Shown: in pieces, positions 7,443-18,419 of the stretch
Numbering within the stretch: the stretch's first letter is position 1
Layout of the letters: every line of letters starts with the position of its first letter
NCBI GenBank assembly: GCA_041946805.1
Contig: JBHGBC010000111.1
Span: 1 to 19,634, forward strand
Origin: a bacterium
GTDB lineage: Bacteria; Hinthialibacterota; Hinthialibacteria; Hinthialibacterales; Hinthialibacteraceae
DNA: 19,634 bases
Direction of reading: 5' to 3'
Translations under genes and position numbers: made by a program
The notes under the pieces: model-generated
Databases searched by the model: none
What the model was told of the DNA's origin: nothing
What the model saw: the letters and a program-made list of their open reading frames with translations, nothing else

Positions 7443-8792
7443 TCAAACAGATTTCGCCGAGGTTTTCGCGATCTTCTCCCGCAAGGTCTTGCGGTCGATT
7501 CCCAGTATCTTGGCGGCCTGGCTGATATTACCCTTCACGTCGGCCAGGACGTTGTGAATGTATTCCGCTTCCACCTCCGCGAGCGGACGGCGGAATCCGG
7601 AATGCGCCGGAACGGAAAACCGCATCAAGGCGGGAAGGTCCGGGATCTCGATCGTTTTTCCCTCCATGGTGAGCACGAGCCGTTGGATCACGTTTTCCAA
7701 TTCTCTCACGTTGCCCGGCCAAGCGTAATGCTGAAAAACCTGCAGAACTTCCTCCGAGAACCGGGGGACCGGTTTGCCGAATTCTTCCGCGAAACGGGCG
7801 GCGAAGAGACGGGTCATGAGTAAAATGTCTTCTCCCCGTTCCCGCAGGGGGGGGATGGCGATCACAATCACGTTGAGGCGGTAATACAGGTCTTCCCGGA
7901 ATCCCCCTTTTTTGACCAAGGCCGACAAATCCTTATTGGTGGCCGCGAGGATGCGGACATCGATTTTGCGAGCCCGGGTCGAGCCGACCATGCAAATTTC
8001 CTTGTCTTGGAGAACGCGCAGCAACTTGATCTGCATGGCCAGGCTGGTTTCTCCGATCTCATCGAGAAAGAGCGTGCCGCCATCGGCCGAGTGAAAAAAA
8101 CCGGCCCGGGATTCGGTCGCGCCGGTGAAGGCGCCCTTGACGTGGCCGAACAGGGCGCTTTCCAGAAGGCCCTCCGGCACGCCCCCGCAATTGACCGGAA
8201 CGAACGGCGCGGAGGCCCGGGGGCCCGTGTAATGAATGGCCCGGGCCACCAGTTCCTTGCCCGTGCCACTTTCGCCGGTGATCAGGACCGTGGCCGGTGT
8301 CGGGGCCACCTGGTCAACCAAGTGGAACAACTCCCGCATGACTGGGGAAGTGCCCATGATGCCGTGAGGGGAAGAGGGCATGCGGAAGGAGGCGGCCTGG
8401 CCGAGTTTCCGCAGTTCCAATTTTTCCAGCCCGCGCCGGACGGCGGATGCCAGTTCCTCCTCGGTGAAGGGCTTGGCCAGGTATTCCTCAGCCCCGTTTT
8501 TGACGGCCTGAACGGCGCCTTCGATGGTGGGATACCCGGTGATCATGATGACTTCGGTTTCCCGGAGGTTGGCTTGAATATGCCGGACCAGATCCAGGCC
8601 ACTGATTTTGGGCATTTTGAGGTCGGTGATGACCAGGTCTATGGGTCTTTGTTCGAGAAATTGAACGGCCATGGGCACATCCTGGGCCGTGAAGACCCGA
8701 TAGCCTTGAGAAGTCAGGTTGCGATGCAGCACTTCCAGCGTATCGGGTGCGTCATCCACGGCCAGGATCGTATATCGGGATGGAGGAAGCAT
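7443..8792 (-). CDS. Sigma-54-dependent response regulator, NtrC family (receiver, AAA+, Fis-type HTH), 449 aa
   Basis: AVDD...VITDLKMP receiver; GESGTGKE Walker A; GAFTGA; LFLDEIGE; WPGNVRELEN; GNISQAAKILGIDRKTLREK HTH. Confidence 0.97.
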   Translation of the reverse strand: MLPPSRYTILAVDDAPDTLEVLHRNLTSQGYRVFTAQDVPMAVQFLEQRPIDLVITDLKMPKISGLDLVRHIQANLRETEVIMITGYPTIEGAVQAVKNGAEEYLAKPFTEEELASAVRRGLEKLELRKLGQAASFRMPSSPHGIMGTSPVMRELFHLVDQVAPTPATVLITGESGTGKELVARAIHYTGPRASAPFVPVNCGGVPEGLLESALFGHVKGAFTGATESRAGFFHSADGGTLFLDEIGETSLAMQIKLLRVLQDKEICMVGSTRARKIDVRILAATNKDLSALVKKGGFREDLYYRLNVIVIAIPPLRERGEDILLMTRLFAARFAEEFGKPVPRFSEEVLQVFQHYAWPGNVRELENVIQRLVLTMEGKTIEIPDLPALMRFSVPAHSGFRRPLAEVEAEYIHNVLADVKGNISQAAKILGIDRKTLREKIAKTSAKSV

Positions 8793-8810
8793 GGCTGTGC
8801 GGATCCTTCT

Positions 8811-10529
8811 TTAATCTACCTTGGATACTGGGAGCCGGATTTCGAACCGGGCCCCTTGGCCGGGCGCGCTCTGGACTTGGATCGTCCCTCCATGAGCGGC
8901 CACGATGCCATGCACGACGGGGAGTCCCAGCCCGGTCCCTTCTTGGAAATTTTTGGTCGTGAAAAAGGGAACGAAAAGTTGCTTTTGGATTTCTTCGTCC
9001 ATGCCGGTCCCGGTATCTTCCACCACGAGAGACAAATGATTGCCTTCAACCTGAGTGGCCAGGGTGATAGTGCCGCCCTGGGGCATGGCCTGGACGGCGT
9101 TGACGATCAAATTCACCAATACTTGCTGCATTTGGGATGGATCCACGGTCAATTCCGGGAGCATGGGAGAAAAACGCCGGACCAGAGCGATGTTGTTTTG
9201 CGACAGCCGGGCTTGCAACAGAGAGAGCGCTTCCTCCACCACGGCGTTCAGGTTGACCGAGGTCTTCCGGGGTGGCGTCTGGCGGGCAAATAGCATCAGT
9301 TTTTTGATGATTTCCCGCGCGTGGAGCGACATTTTCACGATTTTATGCAAATCCTGGGCGGTGGGACCGGGCAGTCCAGGTTGCTTTAGGGCCAATTGGG
9401 CGAAACCCAGGATGGCTCCCAAAGGCTCATTCAGTTCATGGGCCACGCCGGCGGCCAATTGTCCGATGGTGGCCAGCCGGTCGGCGTGCCGTAATTGTTC
9501 GGACAGGAGGGTTTTTTCCTCGTCGGCTTGTTGACGTTGGAGGATGAGGGAAATCTGGCGGGCCAGGGCATTCAACAAGTTCCGTTCTTCCTTGAGGAAC
9601 GGGCCTTCATCGAGATCCGGCCGGACATCGAGGTAGGTGACTTCCAATTCACCCCGCCGCTTTCCCTGAATCACGATTTCCGCCGTTTGGTGAAAAGCGC
9701 ACGGACGGTAATTGGCCGATGCATATGTCTTTCCATCCAAGACCAAGCGGGCGGCGGTGATTTCCGGATACTGCCAAGCGGAAGGTAAAAAGGCGATCAA
9801 TCCCTGGCAGATTTCCTCCATCGTAACGCCGGGGCGGGCAGCCCATTGCATGAGGTTGTACAGGCAAGTCAACTCCTTGACGCGCTCGTTGAGATCCGCC
9901 TGCGAGGATTGGCTCATAATCGCCAGGACCAATATCGGGGCCACGCTTTCGTACAGTTCGATTCGCTCCTCGTCGAAAAAATTCCCGCGGCTGCTCTTCA
10001 AGAGAAGGAGGCCGATTTTCCCCGTGGGAGTGTGCAGGGGAATCACGGCCCAGGAGGGAAAGGTACTCGCGGAAGCCGGGTTGGCCATCGTATTACGGCC
10101 GGCAGCCGCCGGTTGCCTCGGGAACCGGGCTGATCCCTTGGCCTGCGATGGGACCGTCCGGGCGTTTCCGGACCACAAACTCCCCCCCGGAGCAATCCGG
10201 GCGGGATACGAAGGATTGATATTTATCGACAAGAATGGAAGAGAGTGCTCCAGGCTCAAGCCTTCCGTGAAAATCCCGGAAAGCCCATTCATCCCCGGTT
10301 TCAGGCCGATCCGTTCGACCCGGGGGGACGAGGAATCGGTCCGGATTGTGCCATGGTAACATACATCCCCCTTCTGGACATGAATTTCAATTTCGTCGCA
10401 TCCCGTGAAATCCACCAGCGATTTCAATATGTCCTGCAAACAATCCACCAGCGTGAGGCCGTGGAGCGTCAGGGGTATGATCCTTTGCAGCCAGGCATGA
10501 AATGCGCTTGGAAATGGAGGAAGGGACAT
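8811..10529 (-). CDS. Cytoplasmic sensor histidine kinase with GAF-like input region, 572 aa
   Basis: H-box AGVAHELNEPL, N-box NLIVNAVQAM, DTGTGM, PFFTTK and GTGLGL boxes; WAVIPL...IGLLLL GAF-like segment; no clear TM pair. Confidence 0.95.
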   Translation of the reverse strand: MSLPPFPSAFHAWLQRIIPLTLHGLTLVDCLQDILKSLVDFTGCDEIEIHVQKGDVCYHGTIRTDSSSPRVERIGLKPGMNGLSGIFTEGLSLEHSLPFLSININPSYPARIAPGGSLWSGNARTVPSQAKGSARFPRQPAAAGRNTMANPASASTFPSWAVIPLHTPTGKIGLLLLKSSRGNFFDEERIELYESVAPILVLAIMSQSSQADLNERVKELTCLYNLMQWAARPGVTMEEICQGLIAFLPSAWQYPEITAARLVLDGKTYASANYRPCAFHQTAEIVIQGKRRGELEVTYLDVRPDLDEGPFLKEERNLLNALARQISLILQRQQADEEKTLLSEQLRHADRLATIGQLAAGVAHELNEPLGAILGFAQLALKQPGLPGPTAQDLHKIVKMSLHAREIIKKLMLFARQTPPRKTSVNLNAVVEEALSLLQARLSQNNIALVRRFSPMLPELTVDPSQMQQVLVNLIVNAVQAMPQGGTITLATQVEGNHLSLVVEDTGTGMDEEIQKQLFVPFFTTKNFQEGTGLGLPVVHGIVAAHGGTIQVQSAPGQGARFEIRLPVSKVD

Positions 10530-10719
10530 GATTGAACCTTATACCACCGGACACGGGGAGAAGCGGAGATTCAAGCCGGGTCCTTCTGCCTCCCTTGCGG
10601 AAGGGTGCAGATCACCCGCCGCCGGGGATTTCCATGGAGTTTTGGCCTTCCCAGTTTCCTTGGTTATCTCAAGAATACCACGCGCGGTCCCGTAATTCCA
10701 GATTGTGAGGCAAGCCTTC

Positions 10720-10820
10720 CTTCTATAATATTGTAAATATATATTATATAAATTTTCTGATTTTTCATCGAAATTACAATAAAAAAATGCACATCTGGCA
10801 TGTGTGTATTATTTATCCAA
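10720..10820. promoter_or_regulatory. AT-rich putative promoter region of the two-component genes
   Basis: Sharp AT-rich island with a perfect TATAAT on the minus strand (10748-10743) and inverted repeats. No good -35 box. Confidence 0.4.
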
Positions 10821-10936
10821 TGGCCGGCTTGCGGCTCGTAGAATTCACCGATGAAAAACACCCCCAAAATGGAAGCGCACATTCACGGAGATGACCTTTT
10901 TCTTCAAGGATCGAGGAGATGGTCCTCCAGCAGGCG

Positions 10937-10977
10937 AAAGGATAAAGCCCGGCGGATCAGGGGGATCCGCCGGGCTT
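10937..10977 (-). terminator. Rho-independent terminator of the oxidoreductase gene
   Basis: 14-bp perfect stem AAGCCCGGCGGATC (10945-10958) / GATCCGCCGGGCTT (10964-10977), with a T-rich tail on the minus strand, ~35 bp after the stop. Confidence 0.75.
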
Positions 10978-11013
10978 GGATTCGATTCCCATTTTCACAA
11001 CTTACGTATTGCC

Positions 11014-12324
<1,311 letters not shown>

Positions 12325-12428
12325 TTTGGATCCCCATTTCTTTTCGTGAAGATTGAGCTCATCACTCGTATTTGATTCTGAATCATAAAATAGATTGTTT
12401 GCCGGATCAATTGACCTGGGGAATTCCA

Positions 12429-12511
12429 GGGAGGGCGAGGCTCCCGCCGAGCCGCTTCCTTACCAAGGGGATTTCCACCGGTACACGGCTCACCAGGCGG
12501 TTCGCCCTCCC
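12429..12511. repeat. REP-like intergenic inverted repeat pair (26-bp imperfect arms)
   Basis: GGGAGGGCGAGGCTCCCGCCGAGCCG (12429-12454) and CGGCTCACCAGGCGGTTCGCCCTCCC (12486-12511) share the terminal 10 and 6 bp in inverted orientation; internal hairpin GGCTC/GAGCC in the left arm. Confidence 0.7.
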
Positions 12512-12524
12512 CTTAGGCATCCCC

Positions 12525-13640
12525 TTAAATCCCATACATACATCTCTCCAACACCACGGCCACATCGTCAGGATTCACGTACCCCACCGGGCTGATGAAA
12601 ATACTCCACAACGACCGCACGCCGAATCCCAGCGACAGGAGCATCAGTACCCGCCGGGGCCGGGGATTCTCCACGGTCATGCAAAACGCGGGCGTGATCA
12701 TCATGTACCAGAACTGCCCGATCTGGTTCGCCTTGACGAACACCACGAATACCAGCGGAGCGAAGTACGGTACCCACCGGTTTTCCATTTTCATGAACCA
12801 AAGGCAAGCCAAAACAAAGGCCAATCCCGCCAGCCAATGCGTAAACACCAGCCAGAACGGCGTGAAGGCGTGCAAACCGGGTTGAAACAGCGCCCACGAG
12901 ATGGGATTGTTGATGGGCACATATCCTGGACGGAAAAGGTGATGCAAATACCCGCTGGCGGCGAGGGCGTAAAAACTGGGACCCAGCCCCGCCAATCCCC
13001 ACAGCAGGGCATGAATCCAATCCCGCCGCGGTTTTCCCCGCAACTTGGATAGCGCGTATGGAACCAAAAAAACGGGGAACAACTTGGTCTGCGCCGCCAG
13101 GGCGAGATACATCCAGGCCATGGGCTTCCGCCGTTGCAGCGCGTATACCGCCAGCAGCGAGAAGAGATTTACCAGCGGCTCGAACTGCCCCTCGCGCGAG
13201 GCAAACCACACGCAGGTGGGGTAGGCCCAATAGAGCAGCGCGCACCAGCGGTCCCGCGTGATCCGGTGGATCAGAACGGCATTCAAGCCATCGATGACCG
13301 TCAACGCGGTCTTGGCGAAAACGATGGACGGCCACAGGGCGGCCAACAGCGCGTAGAAGAGCAGCGTAACCACCGGATAAGTGTAATGATGGTTCGGCCA
13401 GAAATATTGGTAATCGCGGGGGGAAAAGTCGCAGGGCGTCAGTTCATACACCCGGAATCCATACCGCTGAAACTCCACTCCATACCCTAGGTTCCGCAAA
13501 ACGTCGGTGCTATACATGGGAACCGCGAAGCAATACCCAATCCGCAGGATGAGAACCAATCCCGCGATCCCGTAGAAGAGGATTTCATGCCGACCAGCCG
13601 GCCGCTTACCGTCATCCGGCGTCCCATTTGGATCCATCAT
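12525..13640 (-). CDS. Polytopic membrane protein, GT-C-like glycosyltransferase (GT87/DUF2029-like), 371 aa
   Basis: About ten hydrophobic segments; STD acidic motif after TM1; YTYPVVTLLF, EGQFEP and QTKLFP segments typical of GT-C folds; GAGGA RBS. Confidence 0.65.
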   Translation of the reverse strand: MMDPNGTPDDGKRPAGRHEILFYGIAGLVLILRIGYCFAVPMYSTDVLRNLGYGVEFQRYGFRVYELTPCDFSPRDYQYFWPNHHYTYPVVTLLFYALLAALWPSIVFAKTALTVIDGLNAVLIHRITRDRWCALLYWAYPTCVWFASREGQFEPLVNLFSLLAVYALQRRKPMAWMYLALAAQTKLFPVFLVPYALSKLRGKPRRDWIHALLWGLAGLGPSFYALAASGYLHHLFRPGYVPINNPISWALFQPGLHAFTPFWLVFTHWLAGLAFVLACLWFMKMENRWVPYFAPLVFVVFVKANQIGQFWYMMITPAFCMTVENPRPRRVLMLLSLGFGVRSLWSIFISPVGYVNPDDVAVVLERCMYGI

Positions 13641-14474
13641 GGATGGTTCCTCATCGTGGTTGTTTGGATGGTGGCGCGGACAGCCAACTTCACGCGCGCC
13701 GCCGAGCCGGTCGTTCCGGAAATGGTGGCCGTCCCTGGGGGAGATTTCGTCTTCGGGGGAGAAAATCTACCCGGTGAAGATCTCCCCATCCGGATCTGGG
13801 CCGTTCCCCGCCAAACCATCTCATGCCCCACGTTCTCGATTGCGCGGGATGAAACCACCACTGCCGAGTTCGCCCGCTTCATCCAGGACGGCGGATATGA
13901 TGATTCCTCCCTTTGGGATCCGGAAATTATTTCATCCCTGCCCGATTTTCGTAAGGAAGCTGCGGACCGCTACCCGGAAGATGATACCCCCTGCGTGGGG
14001 CTGAACTATTACGAGGCCGAAGCCTATTGCGCCTGGCTGGCCCGTAAAACCGGCCTGCCGTTCCGCCTCCCCACGGAAATCGAATGGGAAAAAGCCGCAC
14101 GGGGGACAGACGGGCGCGTTTTCCCCTGGGGAAACGAATGGAATCCCCTCTATAGCAATTGGGGAGACGACACGGACGGCGACCGGGCTCCCGACGGGAA
14201 AATCGATCACTTTATTTTTTACGCGCCGGTAGGATCGTTCCCGGAAGGAAAAAGCCCGTATGGATGTTATGATATGGCAGGCAACGTGTGGGAGTGGTGC
14301 GCGAGTTGGTTGGAAGACGCGAATGGGACAAAATACCGGGTTCTGCGGGGCGGCAGTTACCGCATGGCCAGTTCCCGGCATCTCAGCGCCTTTTACCGGG
14401 GCGGGGCGCGGCCGGAAACCGGCTCCGTCTTTCACGCGGAGACCGGATTCCGGATCGCGAAAAGCGAATCGTGA
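13587..14474 (+). CDS. Formylglycine-generating enzyme (SUMF1/FGE-sulfatase) family protein, probably exported; start uncertain
   Basis: EMVAVPGGDF, EAEAYCAWL, FRLPTEIEWEKAARG, FPWG, SPYGCYDMAGNVWEW, RVLRGGS and GFR motifs. Confidence 0.9.
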   Translation: MPTSRPLTVIRRPIWIHHGWFLIVVVWMVARTANFTRAAEPVVPEMVAVPGGDFVFGGENLPGEDLPIRIWAVPRQTISCPTFSIARDETTTAEFARFIQDGGYDDSSLWDPEIISSLPDFRKEAADRYPEDDTPCVGLNYYEAEAYCAWLARKTGLPFRLPTEIEWEKAARGTDGRVFPWGNEWNPLYSNWGDDTDGDRAPDGKIDHFIFYAPVGSFPEGKSPYGCYDMAGNVWEWCASWLEDANGTKYRVLRGGSYRMASSRHLSAFYRGGARPETGSVFHAETGFRIAKSES

Positions 14475-14579
14475 CGCGGCGCGGGGGGATGCACCTTTTT
14501 CTTTTTCCCCTGACATGCGTATAATAAACGGGTAAAGTTGTGTAAATTTTTTGATTTTTTAGCTTCCTGGTAAATACAC

Positions 14580-14954
14580 ATGGCTATATGGCACGAACAG
14601 CTGTCAAATTGTTTTGTCGTTCACGTGGATGAACCGGAACTGACTGAAAACATCCTGGACCGGATGCGCCAGGTGTTGACTGTCGCGTTTTTGAGCCGGC
14701 AATACAACTTGATATTCGACTTGAGTTCGTGCGTCATGATCGACTCGTATTTCATCGGCTTGTTGATCAGCACTTACCGCGAGGTCAGGGAACTGGGGGG
14801 AAATCTGCATTGCGTGGGGGTAAGCGGCCAGGTCGATCATGCCTTCGAGGTGATCCGCCTCAAGCAAGTGGTGGACGTGTTTCCCACGGTCGGCGAGGCC
14901 GTCCAGCACATGAGCAAGAAAGCCGATTTCCCCGCCCATCCCGCCGAATCCTGA
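14580..14954 (+). CDS. STAS-domain protein (anti-sigma factor antagonist-like), 124 aa
   Basis: LIFDLSSCVMIDSYFIGLLI with the phosphorylatable-Ser position, and C-terminal FPTVGEAV; perfect TATAAT at 14520-14525 upstream. Confidence 0.88.
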   Translation: MAIWHEQLSNCFVVHVDEPELTENILDRMRQVLTVAFLSRQYNLIFDLSSCVMIDSYFIGLLISTYREVRELGGNLHCVGVSGQVDHAFEVIRLKQVVDVFPTVGEAVQHMSKKADFPAHPAES

Positions 14955-16634
14955 TTACCGTTTCAGCCGGTAGAGCACGATCAGCGGCCCTGGGCCCGCG
15001 ATGGTGTGAATCCGGTCGAGCCCGGCGTGTTCCCGGCCGGTGTCCAACAAAAAAGCCAGGCCAGGCAGGGCAGGCAGGGTCATCCGTTCGTCCACGACGA
15101 TGTACTCCACGCCGCGCTCCCGGCACCAATCCACCAGCTGGCGCAGCCGTTCTCCTTCCGGCTGCTCCGGATCCGGAGCGAAGGTCCGCTGATGGCATCC
15201 CCCGGCGTAGAAGCTGACCCAGGGGTTGCGGTGGGTGATCCGCGTGATGGGGGAGATGGGCAAGTGGCTTTTCATCCACAGGCCCATGGCCTTGTGTTCG
15301 AGGGGCAGATCCGCGGCGAAAAGGCGTTGGGCGGTTTGCCGGATCTTCCCGCCGTAAACCGCCGTCCCCCCCAATCCGGCCGTCAACAGCAGGGGAAGGC
15401 CGAAGGCCAGCCAACGGGCGGGAGAGATCCGCGCCGCCCGGGCGAGAAGCATCTCCACCGCGCGGGCCGCGGCCAGAACGAAAAACGGCGTAAAAGCCAA
15501 AAAAAAGCGGCTGTCCAGGTAGAAAAACAAAAACAAACCCACCGGTATCAGATGCAATGCCAAAAATCCCGCCGCGCGGCGGAAGATTCTCCGCCTTAGT
15601 GTGAATCCCAAGAACAGGAGCAGGGGAATATCGATCCAGCCGAATTCCAACCGGGGACTTCGAATTAAATTGCGGCTGTTCCACATCACCCGCTCGACCG
15701 CCTCGCGCGGATGCTGGAAGATGAATTCCCCCAGTGATTCCCGCGCCCGGTCGATTTGGAACGACCGGCCATCCTCCGCGAGCCGGGAAGTATGCGTGGT
15801 TTCGCCCCGCGCGCTGGAGTCCCGCATTTTCCCCCGGGCGAATTCGAGGAGAATGGGCGTCTTGGTGGAGAGTTGCCACACGCCCGTTTCCTGGCGGATC
15901 AGCCATAAGTAAGGGAACAGGACGGTGAGGAACAAAATCCCCGCGAATCCGAATCTCCACCAGCGGACCAGGTCTTCTCCCCGGCGTTGCCATCCCACGA
16001 ACAAGGCTTGCAGCGGGAAATAAAGGATGCCATCGGCGCGGATCAAATAGGCATACCCTCCCAACAAACCCCACGCCGCCCAGAGCCGGAGGGGAGGATG
16101 CTCCTCGCCGGCCAGCCGCCAGGCGCACAGGGCCGAAGCCAAAATGACGGCGGCGAACAATGCCTCGCTGAGTGCGTAGCTGGCGTACAGCAGGCTATAG
16201 GGATGCAGCGTGACCAAGGCCGTGGCGGACAGGGTGAAAACCGGCGAACGTCGCAGCCTCCACGCCAGGGACGCGGTTAACGCGATGGTGGCGAGATAGG
16301 CCAGAAAGGACACGCCATGCGCGGCGAATTCCGCGTCCCGCACCAGCCCGTACAGCAAAGCGATCGCCATGGGGTAGCCCGGGGGATAGAACAGGTGCGT
16401 GCCGCCGCAATACCGCAGGCCGCGGCCCTCGGCCAAACTTTGGCCCAGCGCGGCATAGACCGCCCCATCGGTAAAGATGAAATAGCGGAGCCAGAGGGTT
16501 AACGATCCCGCCGCCGCTCCCGCCAATCCCAGCGCGATCAACGCGGGGACCAGCCAGGCGGGCCGGGGAAGCGGAGGAGGGGAGATCTCCGCGGACGCGC
16601 CGTCAGGCTGGGAGGGCGTTGGCGTCAAGGGCAT
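14955..16634 (-). CDS. Membrane glycosyltransferase, GT39/PMT_2/ArnT-like (GT-C), 559 aa
   Basis: TDGAVY after TM1, FYPPGYP, ALSEALF and YLIRADG motifs; many TM helices; soluble C-terminal domain. Confidence 0.8.
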   Translation of the reverse strand: MPLTPTPSQPDGASAEISPPPLPRPAWLVPALIALGLAGAAAGSLTLWLRYFIFTDGAVYAALGQSLAEGRGLRYCGGTHLFYPPGYPMAIALLYGLVRDAEFAAHGVSFLAYLATIALTASLAWRLRRSPVFTLSATALVTLHPYSLLYASYALSEALFAAVILASALCAWRLAGEEHPPLRLWAAWGLLGGYAYLIRADGILYFPLQALFVGWQRRGEDLVRWWRFGFAGILFLTVLFPYLWLIRQETGVWQLSTKTPILLEFARGKMRDSSARGETTHTSRLAEDGRSFQIDRARESLGEFIFQHPREAVERVMWNSRNLIRSPRLEFGWIDIPLLLFLGFTLRRRIFRRAAGFLALHLIPVGLFLFFYLDSRFFLAFTPFFVLAAARAVEMLLARAARISPARWLAFGLPLLLTAGLGGTAVYGGKIRQTAQRLFAADLPLEHKAMGLWMKSHLPISPITRITHRNPWVSFYAGGCHQRTFAPDPEQPEGERLRQLVDWCRERGVEYIVVDERMTLPALPGLAFLLDTGREHAGLDRIHTIAGPGPLIVLYRLKR

Positions 16635-16640
16635 GCCGAT

Positions 16641-18419
16641 TTATTCCACGACCTTTTTGATAGTCTGGGTCTTCGTGAGATCCCAGATGGGGGCTACGTG
16701 TATCCACCAAGTGCCTTTCGGCAGCCGGATTTGGAAACTCTGGCTTTGGAGAAGGGGGCTGTTGACGTCCGGCGCTCCGTTGGGATCCTGGGTGGGATTG
16801 CAATAATATAGATTCTCGGCCCGGGAGACCGGCCCGGTGGCCGGCCGCCCATACCAGAAACAGGTCCATTTGGTGTTCGCCCGCACCGGACGTTCGGCCG
16901 GGAGGGCCGCGAACTGAATCGGGCATCCCGCCTCCTGCGCCAGCACCAGGGACGACTGGAAGGGAATCGCGTCGAGCAGTTGGAACCGGTAACAATTGAA
17001 ACCGCCGCCGGCCGACTCCGTCCGGCCGATGCAGCCGAAGAGGGGAAATTGGAACCGGGGGGCGTTCTCCAGCCGGTTATCGCCGTTGAAATAGTTATCC
17101 AGGCCGGAGCCGGCCCAGGACGGTTCCGGCTCGCCATTGATGTAGAAATATTCATCGCCCTCCAGGAAGAAACACTTGGGATCCAGGGGCTCGGAGAGGT
17201 TGATCATGTTCAATCCGGCGAAATACCCGTTGCCTTCGAATTCCAACACGGGATACAGCATGCCGATGTGGAAGACCCGCTGGTGCGACCGGGCGTAAAG
17301 GTACAGCGTGTCCCGGGGCACGTCGATCAGGTTGACATGATAGCGGAAGGTGAGGGTGATGGGCTGGTCGTTCTTGTTTTCCAGGTACAACTGGGCCTTG
17401 TCGTAAAACGGCATGTAGAACTGGCTGTAGAGTTTTTTCTGTTCCTCCTGATACCCGAGAAGCATCGCATTCCAATTTTCCTGCACGCGGTTGCCGCAGA
17501 AAAAGTCAATCAGGCTACAGAGGACGCTGGGTTGTTCGAGGCCGTCCCAGAACATGGACATCGCCACGTTGTTCAGTTGCTCCGTGGCCGGCGCTTCCCC
17601 GAACTGGAATTCGATGTAGTCGATCGCGGCCGGTCCGGGGAAATTGAGCAGCATTTCCGGCTTATTCGGTTGCAGCGTGAATTTTTTCTCCTGTTTTTCA
17701 GCGCGTTGAAAGCGTTGATACGCGGGCGTGTGGATTTGGGTCACTGCTTCCACGAGCGTCTTCCGGGTCCGGTCGTCGAAGAGGGGCGTGAAGGTGAGGA
17801 CCTCGTCGGTCGGATCCAGGATCACGGCGTTGATTTGATACTTGAAATCCGGCTGGGTGGTGTCGGTCAACACCGTGCACCGCGACTGAAACGGCATGGG
17901 CAGGTAGCTGATGTTGCCGCTGCCGGTTTCCGACACGGAGAGGATCAATGGCCCCGCGGCTTGCTTCAATGTTCCTCCGAAAAATTCCGCGATGGTCATG
18001 TCCACCCGGGGGCTGGATTCGTTGTCGAAATCAAAGCGCAGCCGGCCCTCGGCCTGGCTGGACAACCAGAGGCGGGTGATGCAACCCGGCCCCTTTTCAT
18101 CGAACAGCACGTGCCAGGTTTTGTTCTCCAGGACGTATGGCTCGCCGATGAACACCCCCGCGTCCTTGGCTTCGTTGGCGGGATGATGGCTGGACCGGAA
18201 CACCACGCGTTGCGAAGGTTGGAAGCGGGAAAGGCGCGCCAAGTCCACCATTTGTTCGATGAAAAAGGCGGTGTCTTTCCCCTTGAATCCGGCCGCCGGC
18301 GTCGCGGACGAATCCGTGGAATCCGGCGCGGGCGAACCGCACGCCACCAGACCCAGGATGAGCGCGGCGGTCAGGAACAACCCCCGCGCGTGTAATCCAT
18401 CAACCGGGACGCGGAACAT
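16641..18419 (-). CDS. DUF2961 / glycoside hydrolase family 172-like lipoprotein
   Basis: Lipobox [44 protein letters not shown] and [15 protein letters not shown] motifs. ATG 18419 chosen over 18539 to give a normal signal length. Confidence 0.8.
   Translation of the reverse strand: MFRVPVDGLHARGLFLTAALILGLVACGSPAPDSTDSSATPAAGFKGKDTAFFIEQMVDLARLSRFQPSQRVVFRSSHHPANEAKDAGVFIGEPYVLENKTWHVLFDEKGPGCITRLWLSSQAEGRLRFDFDNESSPRVDMTIAEFFGGTLKQAAGPLILSVSETGSGNISYLPMPFQSRCTVLTDTTQPDFKYQINAVILDPTDEVLTFTPLFDDRTRKTLVEAVTQIHTPAYQRFQRAEKQEKKFTLQPNKPEMLLNFPGPAAIDYIEFQFGEAPATEQLNNVAMSMFWDGLEQPSVLCSLIDFFCGNRVQENWNAMLLGYQEEQKKLYSQFYMPFYDKAQLYLENKNDQPITLTFRYHVNLIDVPRDTLYLYARSHQRVFHIGMLYPVLEFEGNGYFAGLNMINLSEPLDPKCFFLEGDEYFYINGEPEPSWAGSGLDNYFNGDNRLENAPRFQFPLFGCIGRTESAGGGFNCYRFQLLDAIPFQSSLVLAQEAGCPIQFAALPAERPVRANTKWTCFWYGRPATGPVSRAENLYYCNPTQDPNGAPDVNSPLLQSQSFQIRLPKGTWWIHVAPIWDLTKTQTIKKVVE

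Noticed and set aside
14330..14474. FGE/CLec C-terminus as a diversity-generating retroelement variable region
   Set aside because: No template-repeat copy and no reverse transcriptase seen in the window.
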